Positions 1 through 11,429 of a stretch of 64,000 nt of DNA are shown here, one piece after another (the stretch's first letter is position 1; each line of letters starts with the position of its first letter). Below the pieces are notes generated by a model, which worked only from the letters and a program-made list of their open reading frames with translations, ran no database searches and was not told where the DNA came from. The position numbers and the translations under genes are program-made. The DNA is from Tetramitus jugosus (lineage: Eukaryota > Protista > Heterolobosea): NCBI GenBank assembly GCA_937625935.1, contig OW569364.1, positions 441,257-505,256 of the forward strand, in the 5' to 3' direction.

Positions 1-48
1 ACTAACAATCACTTTCACAATTATGTGTCACACTAATCAACTGAACAG

Positions 49-402
49 CAACTCATGTATTACACACCAAATATTGACAATGATGGACATGACACTGGTC
101 TCGGTTATGCAAACGATTATCTGTCAAACTTTTTGCCTCGATTGCTGGAGAATCGTCAGTTCATGAATGGAACATTGATTGTTGTGACATTTGATGAAGA
201 TGATTACTTGGCCTTTAATCGGGTCTATTGTGTCTTGTTGGGTCCCATGGTTATTGCTGGATCCTCAGACGATACCGAGTACAACCACTATTCACTTTTG
301 AGAACGATTGAGGACAACTTCCAGTTGGGTACTCTGGGAAGAAACGATGATGATGCTCAAAGCTTCAGCTACTTGATTCGTGAGAACAAGTACAAGGTTT
401 AA
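49..402 (+). CDS. Acid phosphatase / phosphoesterase-family protein, last exon only (gene begins before the window)
   Basis: YYTPNIDNDGHDT, LIVVTFDE and YNHYSLLRTIEDNF motifs. Near-identical to the last exon of the next gene. Acceptor AACAG ends at 48. Confidence 0.85.
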   Translation, partial: QLMYYTPNIDNDGHDTGLGYANDYLSNFLPRLLENRQFMNGTLIVVTFDEDDYLAFNRVYCVLLGPMVIAGSSDDTEYNHYSLLRTIEDNFQLGTLGRNDDDAQSFSYLIRENKYKV

Positions 403-732
403 TACAATTCAAACTCAATTTTTCTCTGATATATTCATCGAGATTCAGAATTCTCAGTTCTTAAGTATTGTTGGATATTGTTGATCTTAACCCAACAACA
501 GTTCAGACTTGAGAGACGAGAGTTGTAGGAGGTGAAATTATCTTAAGCTCACCTGAACCAGTCAACAATTCTCTGGGTCAAGAATTGATAGCAGAGCGAT
601 CGGTGTCGAAAAGCGCGATGGATGACATCATTCAGGTCCCCTTCCGAATTCATTATTCCCCTTTCACGTTCAAACAGCATAACAGCAACAACACAAAAAA
701 GTAACAGTCATCCACACCACCTACGCACAAAG

Positions 733-1767
733 ATGTTGACTACCAAGCCTGTCCTCCTCGGTCTCACAATGACTGTCTTGATGCTATGCTTCTGTGCATC
801 ACAGTTCACCATGGTTTCAGGTCAAACTCTGCCAGGTACTTTTGATCGCGTAATGATTATCATGTTTGAGAATCAGCCCAATATTCTCACCATGCTCTAC
901 TCGTACTTTAAAGAGTTGGCCAACCAGAAAGGATCTCATTTGACTGGGTACCATGCAGTGACTCACCCTTCTCAACCCAATTATGTCTCCATGATTGCAG
1001 GTGACTTTTTTGATCATCGAACAGACAATGACATTAACTTTAATGTAACCATGTTGGCTGATTTGATGGAGAGAAAGGGATTGAACTGGAAATCATACCA
1101 GGAGAACTATCCGGACAATTCTCGTTGCTTCTCTGGACCGACCTTTGATAATTTGTACTATAGAAAGCACAATCCGTTCATGAGCTTTTTGAGTGTGTCG
1201 ACTGATGAGGCACGATGCACAAAGCACATTGTGAATGCTGAACAATTGAAAACTGATATTGCAAACAATGACTTGCCAGTATGTTTCTTTGCTTCACTCT
1301 TGGTTGTTCCTTGGTTTGTTGGTTGTAACCACAACAACAACAACAACAATTCATTAACACAATATCTCGATTTTACAATTCTATGTGTGTCTATGCCAAT
1401 TCATATTGAACAGCAACTCATGTACTATACACCAAATATTGACAATGATGGGCACAATACTGGTCTCAAGTACGCAGATCATTATCTGTCAAACCTTTTG
1501 CCTCCATTGCTCGAGAATCGTCAATTCATGAATGGAACATTGATTGTTGTGACATTCGACGAAGATGATTACTTGTTCTTCAACAGTGTTTATTGTGTCT
1601 TGTTGGGCCCTATGGTCAAGGCTGGTTCGTCAGATGACACCAAATACAATCACTACTCTCTGTTGAGAACCATCGAAGACAACTTCCAGTTGGGTACTCT
1701 GGGAAGAAACGACGACAAGGCACAAAGTTTCAAGAACTTGATTCGTGAGAACAAATACAAGGTGTAA
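733..1767 (+). CDS. Secreted acid phosphatase / phosphoesterase-family protein, 2 exons (intron 1279-1413); tandem paralog of the upstream gene
   Basis: Signal peptide after ATG 733. IIMFENQ, THPSQPNY and YYRKHNPF motifs. GTATGT...AACAG intron at the same position as the acceptor in the paralog. Confidence 0.85.
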   Translation: MLTTKPVLLGLTMTVLMLCFCASQFTMVSGQTLPGTFDRVMIIMFENQPNILTMLYSYFKELANQKGSHLTGYHAVTHPSQPNYVSMIAGDFFDHRTDNDINFNVTMLADLMERKGLNWKSYQENYPDNSRCFSGPTFDNLYYRKHNPFMSFLSVSTDEARCTKHIVNAEQLKTDIANNDLPVCFFASLLVVPWFVGCNHNNNNNNSLTQYLDFTILCVSMPIHIEQQLMYYTPNIDNDGHNTGLKYADHYLSNLLPPLLENRQFMNGTLIVVTFDEDDYLFFNSVYCVLLGPMVKAGSSDDTKYNHYSLLRTIEDNFQLGTLGRNDDKAQSFKNLIRENKYKV

Positions 1768-1909
1768 TACAACTTGAATCATCATCCATACAACCAAACA
1801 TCTTCTCCTATTTCTCCTCCGTATTCTATCCCGCCAAAAAACATTTTCCACGTGTCCAAAAATTCGCAAAATCAAAAATCAAACAAAAAAACACGCAAAA
1901 AAACCAACA

Positions 1910-2560
1910 ATGAACAACAAACAACAACCAAACACCAGTGTACTACTACTACTATTGACATTCATCATACTACTCTCATTGACAATCATAATACATGCCG
2001 ACTCCAACACAATCGTCACATGTCACTCTGTCATCAAACTAAGACACAAGCAACAATCATGTAGTCTACACTCTCATCAAGTCACTTATGGTACAGGATC
2101 GGGACAACAAAGTGTAACATGTTTCCCAGGCACTGGTGATGCCAATTCCTATTGGATTATCAAGGCACCTCACAATTCACCTGTAGATGCATGTCCACCT
2201 GGCACTCCGATTACTCACAAGATGAAAATTTCATTGGAACATGTCAATACTCATGCAAAGCTACATTCTCACTTGCATCGATCTCCATTGACTCAACAAC
2301 AAGAAGTCAGTTGTTACCCTGGTGGTGATTCAGGTGACAATTGGATTGTGGAGTTGATTTCAGGGGCAGAGTGGATCAAGGGAAAACCAGTGAGATTGCA
2401 ACATGTGGATACAGGAAAGTTTTTGCATTCGCATGATCATCGATTTGGAAGACCCATTCCTAATCAGTGTGAAGTCACTGGATTTGCGGATAAGAATAAT
2501 GCGGAGAATTTGTGGATGGCTGAAGAAGGAGTGTATTATCCATCTGTTGCTTCTCATTAG
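1910..2560 (+). CDS. SDF2: SDF2-like ER protein with three MIR domains
   Basis: Signal peptide, LHSHQVTYGTGSGQQSVT, LHSHLHRSPLTQQQEVSCY, VRLQHVDTGKFL, GRPIPNQCEV, WMAEEGVY. Confidence 0.9.
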   Translation: MNNKQQPNTSVLLLLLTFIILLSLTIIIHADSNTIVTCHSVIKLRHKQQSCSLHSHQVTYGTGSGQQSVTCFPGTGDANSYWIIKAPHNSPVDACPPGTPITHKMKISLEHVNTHAKLHSHLHRSPLTQQQEVSCYPGGDSGDNWIVELISGAEWIKGKPVRLQHVDTGKFLHSHDHRFGRPIPNQCEVTGFADKNNAENLWMAEEGVYYPSVASH

Positions 2561-2841
2561 GAGTAGTAGTAAAAGAACGAACAATAAGATTCATTTTTTG
2601 TTCATTCTCTAATGGTATTTGATGTCCCAAGTCTTGTGGGCAAACCTAAGTGTTGGCTCTTCCGTTCAACATTTCTTGTCAAAAAGTACAATAAGCACTT
2701 GACCAAAATATTGCAGCCTATATCTCGCAGGAATATACAATTTGTGTCTAGAAAGGGAAGAAATTTGATTTCAAAAGCTTTTCTTTAATATTTTGTATTG
2801 AAAACGAAATTCAAGGAACAAGATACCAAGCGAACGTCCAT

Positions 2842-4097
2842 CTACAAGGAATCAGTTGAATTGTTTGAGGAAAATGCAGTTGGACCGATAGTTTTGATAT
2901 TGTTCTTTTGTGGTGTGTCGAACGATAGAGCTCTCATGCTATCTGTCAGACTTGAAATGGATCCATTAGAGGAAGATGAACAGTTGGGTGAGAACAAGAC
3001 GCGAGAGCGAAGAGGGTTCGTTGGTTGTTGTTCAGTAATTCTCTGATTGGCAGGAGAGAAGTCCCAGTTCAATTTTCTGCCACTCTTCCATTGACTATCC
3101 ACGACTTCCAATTCTTGATAGTGGTGCGATATGGGGTTGTATTGAACGTACTTGCGACTACTAGCCGGGGTGTGTTCCCCTCGCTTCTGTTGTTGTTGTG
3201 AAGTCATCGATAATGGTTCGGGTTGAGTTGATGAAAGGACAGGAGCAGCTTTCATCGTTTGTTTCGAGCAAGGCTCCATGCCTTCTCTTTTCATTTGTGC
3301 ATCTTCCTCGCTATTGTCTAGTGGTTCGAGCTCTTCTCGTGATTTCAATGAATTCTCTAAAGTATTATCAAACTTTGGGAGTTCTTTCACCTTATCTTTC
3401 GCATGTATTTGAGGAGATAAAACCTTCTTTGGTTTGTTCGATTCCACATATCCATTGTTTGAGCTGAAGTATCGCTTGAACACCACAAAGTTGTTGGATT
3501 GGGGAATGTATTCACTTAAACTATATCTTGTTTTCAAGAATCCAATCAATTTACTCGATGGACGATCATATCCTAGTTTTGCTGCATTCGTATTCTCATA
3601 TTGGAGCATGTACTCAAAGAGAATCGATCCTACTCCTTTCCTCTGCATTCTCTCATGCACATAAAAGTCCAAGACACAAATCGGTTCAATCTCTTTGAAT
3701 GCACCACACTCATTCTGGACGAGAAGATATCATTGTACACGAGAGTAAGAACACAATAATTCGAAGAAGTGAGGTATTCACACCTCAAGACGAGGACTAT
3801 ACATACTCGATAGAACAACTTTTTGGGTCCAGTTTTGAGCATTCCAATGGTTTTTCCGCCTTCACTGAAGAGAAACAACCGAGAATCAGAATACAATAGC
3901 TTAGAAGAGCTCGTAATAGGTTTAGGAAGAGCTTGAGCCTTGGCAGAAAGCACTCCCAATTGGTCAATAATGTTACTCATGTGAGTGAACTTTTGTCCTT
4001 GTTGCTGACTCTTTAATTGAGTCAACTTTTCCTTGTCCCAAACAGAGGCTCCACCGCTTGTATGAAGCAGCGAATAAATTGTTGTATGTACATCCAT
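2842..4097 (-). CDS. ATAT1: Alpha-tubulin N-acetyltransferase (MEC-17/ATAT1 family), 2 exons (intron 3715-3806); start uncertain
   Basis: IDQLGVLSAKAQALPKPITS and GMLKTGPKKLF splice in frame to EIEPICVLDFYVHERMQRKGVG and YDRPSSKLIGFL..PQSNNFVVF. Confidence 0.88.
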
Positions 4098-4360
4098 GAA
4101 TCGCTCTATCACGGTTCTGATAATTTAGCTCAATAGTCGGAAAATAATTGCGTTAGTGAAACCGTAGTTCATGGTTTTTCGCGGGAAATCCACTCAACAA
4201 TTCAAGTTCTAGTTGGTGATATCCCATGAAAAAGCTCTCAAGATGCTGAACTGAAATGATAATTGGTTATCCTTAAATTCATTCAGGTCTCTCATCAACT
4301 GTTTGGTGGCGGAAAATTATACTTGCCTCTGTCACAACAAATTCGAGATAACCACAAGAG

Positions 4361-5620
4361 ATGAAAGGCAACTTTGATAATGAGCGAGAAGATACTGAGA
4401 ATAGTCAGTCAAAGGTGATAGATACCTTGCCCAGTGATTGCTGGATCAACATCCTGTTGTTCTGTGAACCGAGTTCCATACTTTCTGTCATGTCGGTCTC
4501 AAAGCACCACCATGGGCTCACAGACTCGGTTGGGCACTACCAGAGAAGTTTCTGGGATCGCTCATCTGGGTACACACCAGCAATGATGTCATGCGGTAGT
4601 GAACACAACGACGAATCTTCTCTGCTGCATTATTGGAAACAAAAGTATCAAAGTACTTTGGCACCTGATCTTCTATTCTTCCCACGTACTGATGCTCTTG
4701 CACGATTCAGTGTATGTCATCCCTTGAACGGCACAACCATTCCATTAATCGAGTATCCATTCATAGAGAAACTATTGTTCTTCCAATCAATGAGAATGTA
4801 TGACAGGGAAGACATGTATTGTGTAATTGCTGAGAAGTCTGTTTGTTTGTACTCTGGATCGAAGTTGTTATCCACGTATCGCTGTGAACAGTCACTGTCA
4901 GCACCGGTCGTGTGGTGCCGGAATCTGAGAAACTCCATATTCTTAGTGACTCGAAATTCATTTCACATTTTCAACAATAGCTCTCAAACCTCACAACTCC
5001 ATCTCTTACATGATCAAAATTTTGAACTTGATACGTTAGGAGTCGTGAGATACAGAATAAGTGAAAATTATACACAAGTCGAATTCTATGTAGTTTCGAA
5101 GTGCTTGTCCCTAACCAAGGTTACCTTCAACACGATAGATATGAGCACAACATCCGAGCAGATAGTTGCTGGAGGATATCAAATGTTAGTAAATGGTCAA
5201 CTGATAGAATATGATCAAATATCAGAACTTAGTTACCAGGACTTGTGGGTGGTAGTAGCAAGAAGCACCTACCCCAGGGAAATAGAGTATGTTAATCTCT
5301 TGGAGAAACAGGTTGTTCGAACACATATCGAATGTTTTGCTGTAGGAGCTCATCCTACAGATCCACTTGTCTATTTTACTGCTCGAGGAATCGACCAACG
5401 GATTTACACTCTGCCCAAGCCGCCCAAAGACGGTAGAGTGACACTGATTAGTAAGACTCCTCTGAACATGAATCGCTCCCATAGGAATCGTGCTCACGGT
5501 GCAATTAAATCCATTAGCCATCGTGGAAATTACATTGCATGCACCTCGTGGAGCGATTGTATCTACGTTGTTTCACCCATCACTCATACGATTATCGGAG
5601 CAAGAGACAAAGGATACTAG
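4361..5620 (+). CDS. F-box-like protein with probable beta-rich C-terminus
   Basis: IDTLPSDCWINILLF..SVSK F-box-like motif. 419-aa intronless ORF. Confidence 0.6.
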   Translation: MKGNFDNEREDTENSQSKVIDTLPSDCWINILLFCEPSSILSVMSVSKHHHGLTDSVGHYQRSFWDRSSGYTPAMMSCGSEHNDESSLLHYWKQKYQSTLAPDLLFFPRTDALARFSVCHPLNGTTIPLIEYPFIEKLLFFQSMRMYDREDMYCVIAEKSVCLYSGSKLLSTYRCEQSLSAPVVWCRNLRNSIFLVTRNSFHIFNNSSQTSQLHLLHDQNFELDTLGVVRYRISENYTQVEFYVVSKCLSLTKVTFNTIDMSTTSEQIVAGGYQMLVNGQLIEYDQISELSYQDLWVVVARSTYPREIEYVNLLEKQVVRTHIECFAVGAHPTDPLVYFTARGIDQRIYTLPKPPKDGRVTLISKTPLNMNRSHRNRAHGAIKSISHRGNYIACTSWSDCIYVVSPITHTIIGARDKGY

Positions 5621-5927
5621 AGATCTGATTGTAGCACTAATTGCTTGTCAACTGTCTCAATAGCAGTACTCCAAGAGTTCAAACTGCGTGGTAATACAGA
5701 TTCAGAACGAAGTGTTGCCAAAGCGAATACCACCAATCGGAAAAATTCAACCTATCTAAGGACAGACATTTAGCCTTTGATTTGGATGGATTCTCCTTCA
5801 CCTAACACGTCGAGAAACTGCGCAGCCGATCATTGGTATTAAAAGACAGACTTCAATAACCTTCGGACATCTTCCAACACACAAAACCAACACACATATC
5901 CTAAAAAATCTAACCCAACGTACAACA

Positions 5928-6560
5928 ATGTCCGCCTCTGATCAACAACAAGCCAAAACCCTCTTACAAATCGCAGGAGCCAACCTCGAACCATCCTCTC
6001 TCAAGGAATCTGCTGTCATTTTGATTGATATGCAGAATGAGTACTTGCCAACTGGAAATGTTCCTCTTCACGGTGTTCAAGAAGCCCTCGATCAGGGAGA
6101 AGCATTGCTCAAGAGAGCCAGAGAGCAACAAACACCAGTGATCCACGTTGTTCATCACGGAGGACCAAACTTTTATGATCCACAGGGCACTGGTGGTCAA
6201 TTGTGTGATCAAGTGAAGCCAATTGAGGGAGAACCTGTGGTTGCCAAGAAGCATGTCAATGCATTTGTCGATACTGACATGTTGAAGTTGATTGAAGCAA
6301 CTGGACGTAAAAAGTTGATTGTTGCTGGTTTCATGACTCACATGTGCGTCTCTACGTTTGTGAGAGCTGCTGTTGAGCAGTACAAGTACCCATGTACGGT
6401 TGTTGCTGCTGCTACAGCTGCTAGAGCTTTGCCTGTTGTTGGATCCGATGGTAAGCCAACCACTGTTCCAGCTCAACAGGTTCACGATTCCAATCTGGCT
6501 GCTCTCAATGATTTCTTTGCCAGTGTTGTTCCAGGTGTGAACGACATTAAGGACGAATAA
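5928..6560 (+). CDS. Isochorismatase-family cysteine hydrolase
   Basis: LIDMQNEY (Asp), KKHVNAF (Lys) and AGFMTHMCV (Cys) triad motifs. Confidence 0.9.
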   Translation: MSASDQQQAKTLLQIAGANLEPSSLKESAVILIDMQNEYLPTGNVPLHGVQEALDQGEALLKRAREQQTPVIHVVHHGGPNFYDPQGTGGQLCDQVKPIEGEPVVAKKHVNAFVDTDMLKLIEATGRKKLIVAGFMTHMCVSTFVRAAVEQYKYPCTVVAAATAARALPVVGSDGKPTTVPAQQVHDSNLAALNDFFASVVPGVNDIKDE

Positions 6561-6645
6561 AAGAATTGTATTGTATTTTCAACTCAACTTCTGGCTTGTT
6601 GTGGTTTTGTGTGTCTGTACGTACACTGTTGTTGATTGCTTATTA

Positions 6646-8130
6646 TTATTTAGGGCCATAGTTTGAGAATTTGCGAATGTTGGCTCTTGGGCGAAGTCTT
6701 GGACGATCTGAACTCAAATCTACCTCCTGTAGTGGAATGACATGTGCGACACCACGCTCTCTCTTCATCTGTCGAATCAGATCCTTCTGGTCGACGACAG
6801 TTTCACGTTGACGCTTCTTGGTAGGTGGTGGAGGAGCTGTAGAAGCAGAAGATGATTGAGCAAGCAATTTCCTAGCAGCTGATCTGGTAATTCTATCAGT
6901 GGCAGCTGGCTCTTCAGATTCATTATCGGTGTCCAAGACCTCGGGCTCTAATTGGATCATGTGTTGGTCCAAATTCTTGATCAACAGCCTGAACAATTTG
7001 TTCCAGTTCACACACATGTCGACATCAGTACCATCGAACATGATGGAAATAAAGAATTGGAGAATCAAGGTATCGAAGGAAGAGTTCTTGGCATCCCCGA
7101 GAATCGTATGTCGTATCACTTGCATTTGCTCCTCATAGACCTTGAATGACTCGTCACCTGAATCAGATTCTACCTCGAACACAACTTTGGCATTGTTGAA
7201 CAGAGTAGCCTTGGCAATCGCTTCATTTGCATCACCAGGAATCAACTGAATCTGGAACTGCACGGAATCCCAGTATCCAGTGATAGAGGACATAAAAACA
7301 GCTTTGATATCATAGTGAGCCTCGGATTGATAGCAAGAAAAACGAGTGTAGGAAACCTTGGATGGCACAGAGTTATAATGTGGCACAAAGAGGCGATTGT
7401 TGTCCAAAAAGTGAGAAAACAGTTGAATCCTCTTGCCTGTTGGATCATCAATGGTAAATATTGGTGTGCTTTGTCCAAACACGAAATAGGATGCCATAGT
7501 CATAACGCGTACTCTAGCGCTGGCACACTTCTCAATCTTTTGCTTCAAGAAATCAGATCTTTGCAACTTGATGAAAGTTTCTCCCATTGTCTCCAAACCA
7601 TTCCAAGTATTGATACCATTATCATTCTCCACTCTCAATCGACTCAATACTCTAAAGTGATTCTCCTTTTCCCTCTTGTGTTGTTCCTTTTGTCTGTCCA
7701 GATATCGATCACTGTTCTGATAGCTGCACCTGATGCACTCCAACAGTTCATTGTCGCTCTTTGCACCAATCAGCATCATTTCTTTGTGAGGCGGTACTGG
7801 ATATCCGAAATACCACAGAAATCTATACCTGATCAAGCAAGGATTCAAGGAAGCTCTTCTCCAGTCACGGTTCACTCGATTGAAGCTCATGTAGACATCA
7901 TCAATGGAAGCAAACAAAAAAATTTCATAGAGAATGGAGAGTGGCCAATGAGTCGTCAGAACAGAATTGAGTTGAGCATCGAGATCAGCAGCTGAACCAA
8001 TATCCACTACTCTGGAAATGGTTGTCCTTCTTCTCTTGGGTGATCTTTGCTCAGACAAGTCAGCGCTTGTTCTTCTTGAAGCTCTACTAGGTGTTCCCAA
8101 TGTGTCATTCACAGAAGAAGAGGAGGACAT
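6646..8130 (-). CDS. F-box-like protein of unknown function (likely ATG 8130)
   Basis: WPLSILYEIFLF..RVNRDWRRAS F-box-like segment and basic NLS-like patches. The ORF extension to 8325 overlaps the cyclin L promoter and is probably non-coding. Confidence 0.6.
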   Translation of the reverse strand: MSSSSSVNDTLGTPSRASRRTSADLSEQRSPKRRRTTISRVVDIGSAADLDAQLNSVLTTHWPLSILYEIFLFASIDDVYMSFNRVNRDWRRASLNPCLIRYRFLWYFGYPVPPHKEMMLIGAKSDNELLECIRCSYQNSDRYLDRQKEQHKREKENHFRVLSRLRVENDNGINTWNGLETMGETFIKLQRSDFLKQKIEKCASARVRVMTMASYFVFGQSTPIFTIDDPTGKRIQLFSHFLDNNRLFVPHYNSVPSKVSYTRFSCYQSEAHYDIKAVFMSSITGYWDSVQFQIQLIPGDANEAIAKATLFNNAKVVFEVESDSGDESFKVYEEQMQVIRHTILGDAKNSSFDTLILQFFISIMFDGTDVDMCVNWNKLFRLLIKNLDQHMIQLEPEVLDTDNESEEPAATDRITRSAARKLLAQSSSASTAPPPPTKKRQRETVVDQKDLIRQMKRERGVAHVIPLQEVDLSSDRPRLRPRANIRKFSNYGPK

Positions 8131-8283
8131 GTTGGATACTTGGCGGTGGGTAAAAGAGCTATCTGGGGGTGTGTTTCTTTGAGGGAGCTCTGGATTTTTT
8201 TCCCATCCGTGGCGCCAAAAAATAGTTTTCACGATCAACGCGCCAAAAACCAAACACCAAAAAACAGAAAACACGAAACACAC

Positions 8284-9588
8284 ATGATCAGTCATCCTAC
8301 TCTGTCCATCCACACCATTTCTCAATCACCAACCAAACAATGTGGAATCAGTGATGACATTGAAACGACACTTCGCATTTATTCATGTGAGATTATGCAA
8401 GATGCAGGAATACTATTAAAATTGCCTCAAGTCGTCATTGCACACGCTCAAGTTCTCTTTCATCGATTCTTCATGAAACGAAGCATGACTCAATTCGATG
8501 TGCGCTACTGCAGTATTGCTTGTTTATTTTTGGCGGCAAAATTGGGTGAAAAGGCCAAAAGCTTACAGACTGTGATTGAAGCTTTTGATTTTCTGTGGAG
8601 TCAGATTCGCAATGAGAACGACTATTGTTCAATTCAAACATTTTATCAATTTCATTCATTGTGTAGCTCATCCACTCAACAGATAAGCCCAACAAACAAC
8701 AAGAACAATAATTCATATGATCCGAATAGTACTCATAACAACAATAATGGTGAACTTTTCGAGCTTCAACAACTCATGCACACGAGTATGAATATTTTGA
8801 ATATGAAGAATGAAGTGATACGGATTGAGAGAATTATTTGTGCTGAATTGGGATTTGTTTTGCACAATGTCGAACACGCGCACACATACATTTTGTTCTT
8901 TATGCATATTTTGGAGGCGAGTGATGATTTGATTCAGAGTGCTTGGAATTTTTGTAATGATGCATTGCGATGCAAAATTTTATGTTTGCATGTGAAGCCA
9001 CACGTGATTGCTTGTGGTGCGATTTATATGGCAGCGAATCGGTTGAAAATCAAATTACCGTCGAGTCCCGCGTGGTGGCTATTGTTTGATACGAGTCTGG
9101 ATGATATTTTACTCGTGGAACATTATATTCACATGTTGTATGGCCGACCCAAGGCAAAGTATCACCATGTTTTGTCATTGCTCGAGGACAATAGAGTGGC
9201 AACATGCTTGTACATGAATCCGGAGCACTTGGCATTGATTAAAGGTCAAATTGATGAGGAACAACGGAGAAGATCCAATGCCCAAGAGCAATCAGCGAGA
9301 AATGCACAACACGAGAGAACACAGCGAAGCACTGATTCCTCTCGGTCACAATACAGAGACAGTGGAACAAGAGGAGAGTCGCGCAGTAGTAATACTAGTC
9401 ATCGAGATCATCGATACCACGATCGCAACAACAGAGACACTCGAAGAGACTATGCACGTTCGTCATCGTCTTCATCCCATTCTGATCGAAGATACGATGA
9501 GCAGCGCGACGATTCTCGCAGCGGTCGCCCCTCTGGATACGGTAGCCACTCTCGTTCAAACAAAAGACCATATGATTCCAAGCGATAG
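8284..9588 (+). CDS. CCNL1: Cyclin L (cyclin boxes plus RS-rich tail)
   Basis: CEIMQDAGILLKLPQVVIAHAQVLFHRFF, AWNFCNDALR, IACGAIYMAA, WWLLFD, and an Arg/Ser-rich C-terminus. Confidence 0.9.
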   Translation: MISHPTLSIHTISQSPTKQCGISDDIETTLRIYSCEIMQDAGILLKLPQVVIAHAQVLFHRFFMKRSMTQFDVRYCSIACLFLAAKLGEKAKSLQTVIEAFDFLWSQIRNENDYCSIQTFYQFHSLCSSSTQQISPTNNKNNNSYDPNSTHNNNNGELFELQQLMHTSMNILNMKNEVIRIERIICAELGFVLHNVEHAHTYILFFMHILEASDDLIQSAWNFCNDALRCKILCLHVKPHVIACGAIYMAANRLKIKLPSSPAWWLLFDTSLDDILLVEHYIHMLYGRPKAKYHHVLSLLEDNRVATCLYMNPEHLALIKGQIDEEQRRRSNAQEQSARNAQHERTQRSTDSSRSQYRDSGTRGESRSSNTSHRDHRYHDRNNRDTRRDYARSSSSSSHSDRRYDEQRDDSRSGRPSGYGSHSRSNKRPYDSKR

Positions 9589-9717
9589 AGACAAAATTGA
9601 TTTTTACTTGAAATGAAAGGTAATCTAGGTTTATATTTCGATGAATTGGTTCATGGTTATGCCGTGGTGTGGTCTCCTCGACCATACGCAATAAATACTA
9701 CGACTGATCAGGGTAAT

Positions 9718-10872
9718 TTACAATTCGAGAGAGCGACATGCCATGAGGGCAATACGGGCAACAGATCTTCTGGTTGGACTCAAATACTTGTTTCTGAGAG
9801 CCATCAGGTGCAACTGAGAGCTGCATTGTCCCTTGATCACAGTCAAAAGCATCTTTGCGCACTCCAAAAAGTCTTCGGTATTGTATCCAGAGTAGTATTG
9901 CAATTGAATGTTCCATGGATCTTGCTTTGCTTGAACCAAATTGGCCAAATACAAGCTAGCGCATGCAATGACTGATGGTGCAAACTTCAAGAATGGGTAC
10001 TCAAGAGCAGCCAACTCTGCAAAATAGGAGGCAGTCAATTGGCCATCCTTGTTAATCTTACCACACTTGCTATATCTGAGGAGGAATGGATGTGGAGTCA
10101 CGACAGTAACGTTAAAGTCAAGAGCAGCCAAAATTGCTCTCTCGGTGGCCAAGAGGTCACTGCGCTTGAACGAGTAAGAACAGAGCTTCTCAAACTCACC
10201 CAAGTCTGGGAAATGAATCTCCTCGTACTTGCATGCAATGACCAGAGCAGTGACACCGACCAATTGGAGCTTGGTCTTGCTAATTTCTCTAATTCCCAAG
10301 AATCTGTCAACAATGTTGATGGTCAAGAAAAAGGTCTCAGGCTTCAGCTTGAATGTTCTATGAACATCAACCAACCAGTCAATAAGAACAGCTCTCATTC
10401 TGACGGTGAGAGTAGGTTGATTCATCTCCATGTAAGCAGGATCTGGCAAGTACTTGAGTTCATTCTTCTTGGCATTCAAGAAAATGTCCTTGGCAAACTC
10501 ACTAGCTTGTTGTGGGTCGTGCTTGTCCAACAAGTCAATACCGGGACTGTCCATTTGAATCTCTCTGCGCTTTGGGCAATAGATGCTGTTGGAAGAGACT
10601 GGTGTTGCCAGAACCATTGAAGGAGCAGAGCTCTTGGTAGGTGTTTGCGTTCCTCTTCTGATGGATGTCGTGTTTTCAGCCGTGTTGTGATTTACAGTTC
10701 TGCTTTGGAGAGGAGCTCTTGATGCAATAGGCTTAGCTGGGAGAGTGTTCTTCTTTGGTTCGTACAGTTGGCTAATGCTGGATGGCAATAGAGATCCAAT
10801 GGTGGACTTCTTGTTCAGTAGCATATGGCCAGTAGATGGCAGGGAGTTCTCATTGTTGATTCGAGTGTTCAT
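9718..10872 (-). CDS. Mitotic B-type (A/B family) cyclin
   Basis: D-box-like RAPLQSRTVN, MRAVLIDWLVDVH, LQLVGVTALVIACKYEEI. Confidence 0.92.
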   Translation of the reverse strand: MNTRINNENSLPSTGHMLLNKKSTIGSLLPSSISQLYEPKKNTLPAKPIASRAPLQSRTVNHNTAENTTSIRRGTQTPTKSSAPSMVLATPVSSNSIYCPKRREIQMDSPGIDLLDKHDPQQASEFAKDIFLNAKKNELKYLPDPAYMEMNQPTLTVRMRAVLIDWLVDVHRTFKLKPETFFLTINIVDRFLGIREISKTKLQLVGVTALVIACKYEEIHFPDLGEFEKLCSYSFKRSDLLATERAILAALDFNVTVVTPHPFLLRYSKCGKINKDGQLTASYFAELAALEYPFLKFAPSVIACASLYLANLVQAKQDPWNIQLQYYSGYNTEDFLECAKMLLTVIKGQCSSQLHLMALRNKYLSPTRRSVARIALMACRSLEL

Positions 10873-11429
10873 GGTCTCTGGTGGTGATGATGATTGTTTT
10901 GAAGAGAGATCTGCCCAATTGTTAGATTGTGGTGTTTGTTTGTGATGACTGAAGGCCCATTGCCGGCCGTCAATAAAAAATGAAATTCAGGCAAGCATAA
11001 CGGTAAGTTTTTTGAAAAATAGAGTTTACAAAATTTATCGTTCAACAAAAAAAAAACTGCTGTAGTCGGTCGGCAAAATTCGGGGTTGAAGATGACTTTT
11101 GGGATAAATTCTCCTTCAGCACTTTCTCTTTCTCACTTGCTGTCAGAATGAAACATCGGTAGAGCTCTGAGTGTCGCCTAACCTCTTTTCAAAACCGAAA
11201 CTCTTTAGTGTTTTGATGGGCTCTAATTCACACTCATTCCAACACCGTAGCTAACCCTTCAATTACTTCGGAGGAATCCCACTTCAACAAAAAGTGTTCA
11301 AGCTGGAGAATGGACTCCGACAGGGACTTGGCCAAAAAATCAACTTTAATTTTTCTGACATCCAGAAACTAGAAGACAATTTCCACACAAATAAAAAACT
11401 ATCACCAAATAACCAACCACCAACAGACA

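Noticed and set aside
5964-10620. Long antisense ORFs (5964-6485, 7315-7995, 10039-10620)
   Set aside because: Shadow frames of well-supported genes, caused by codon bias.
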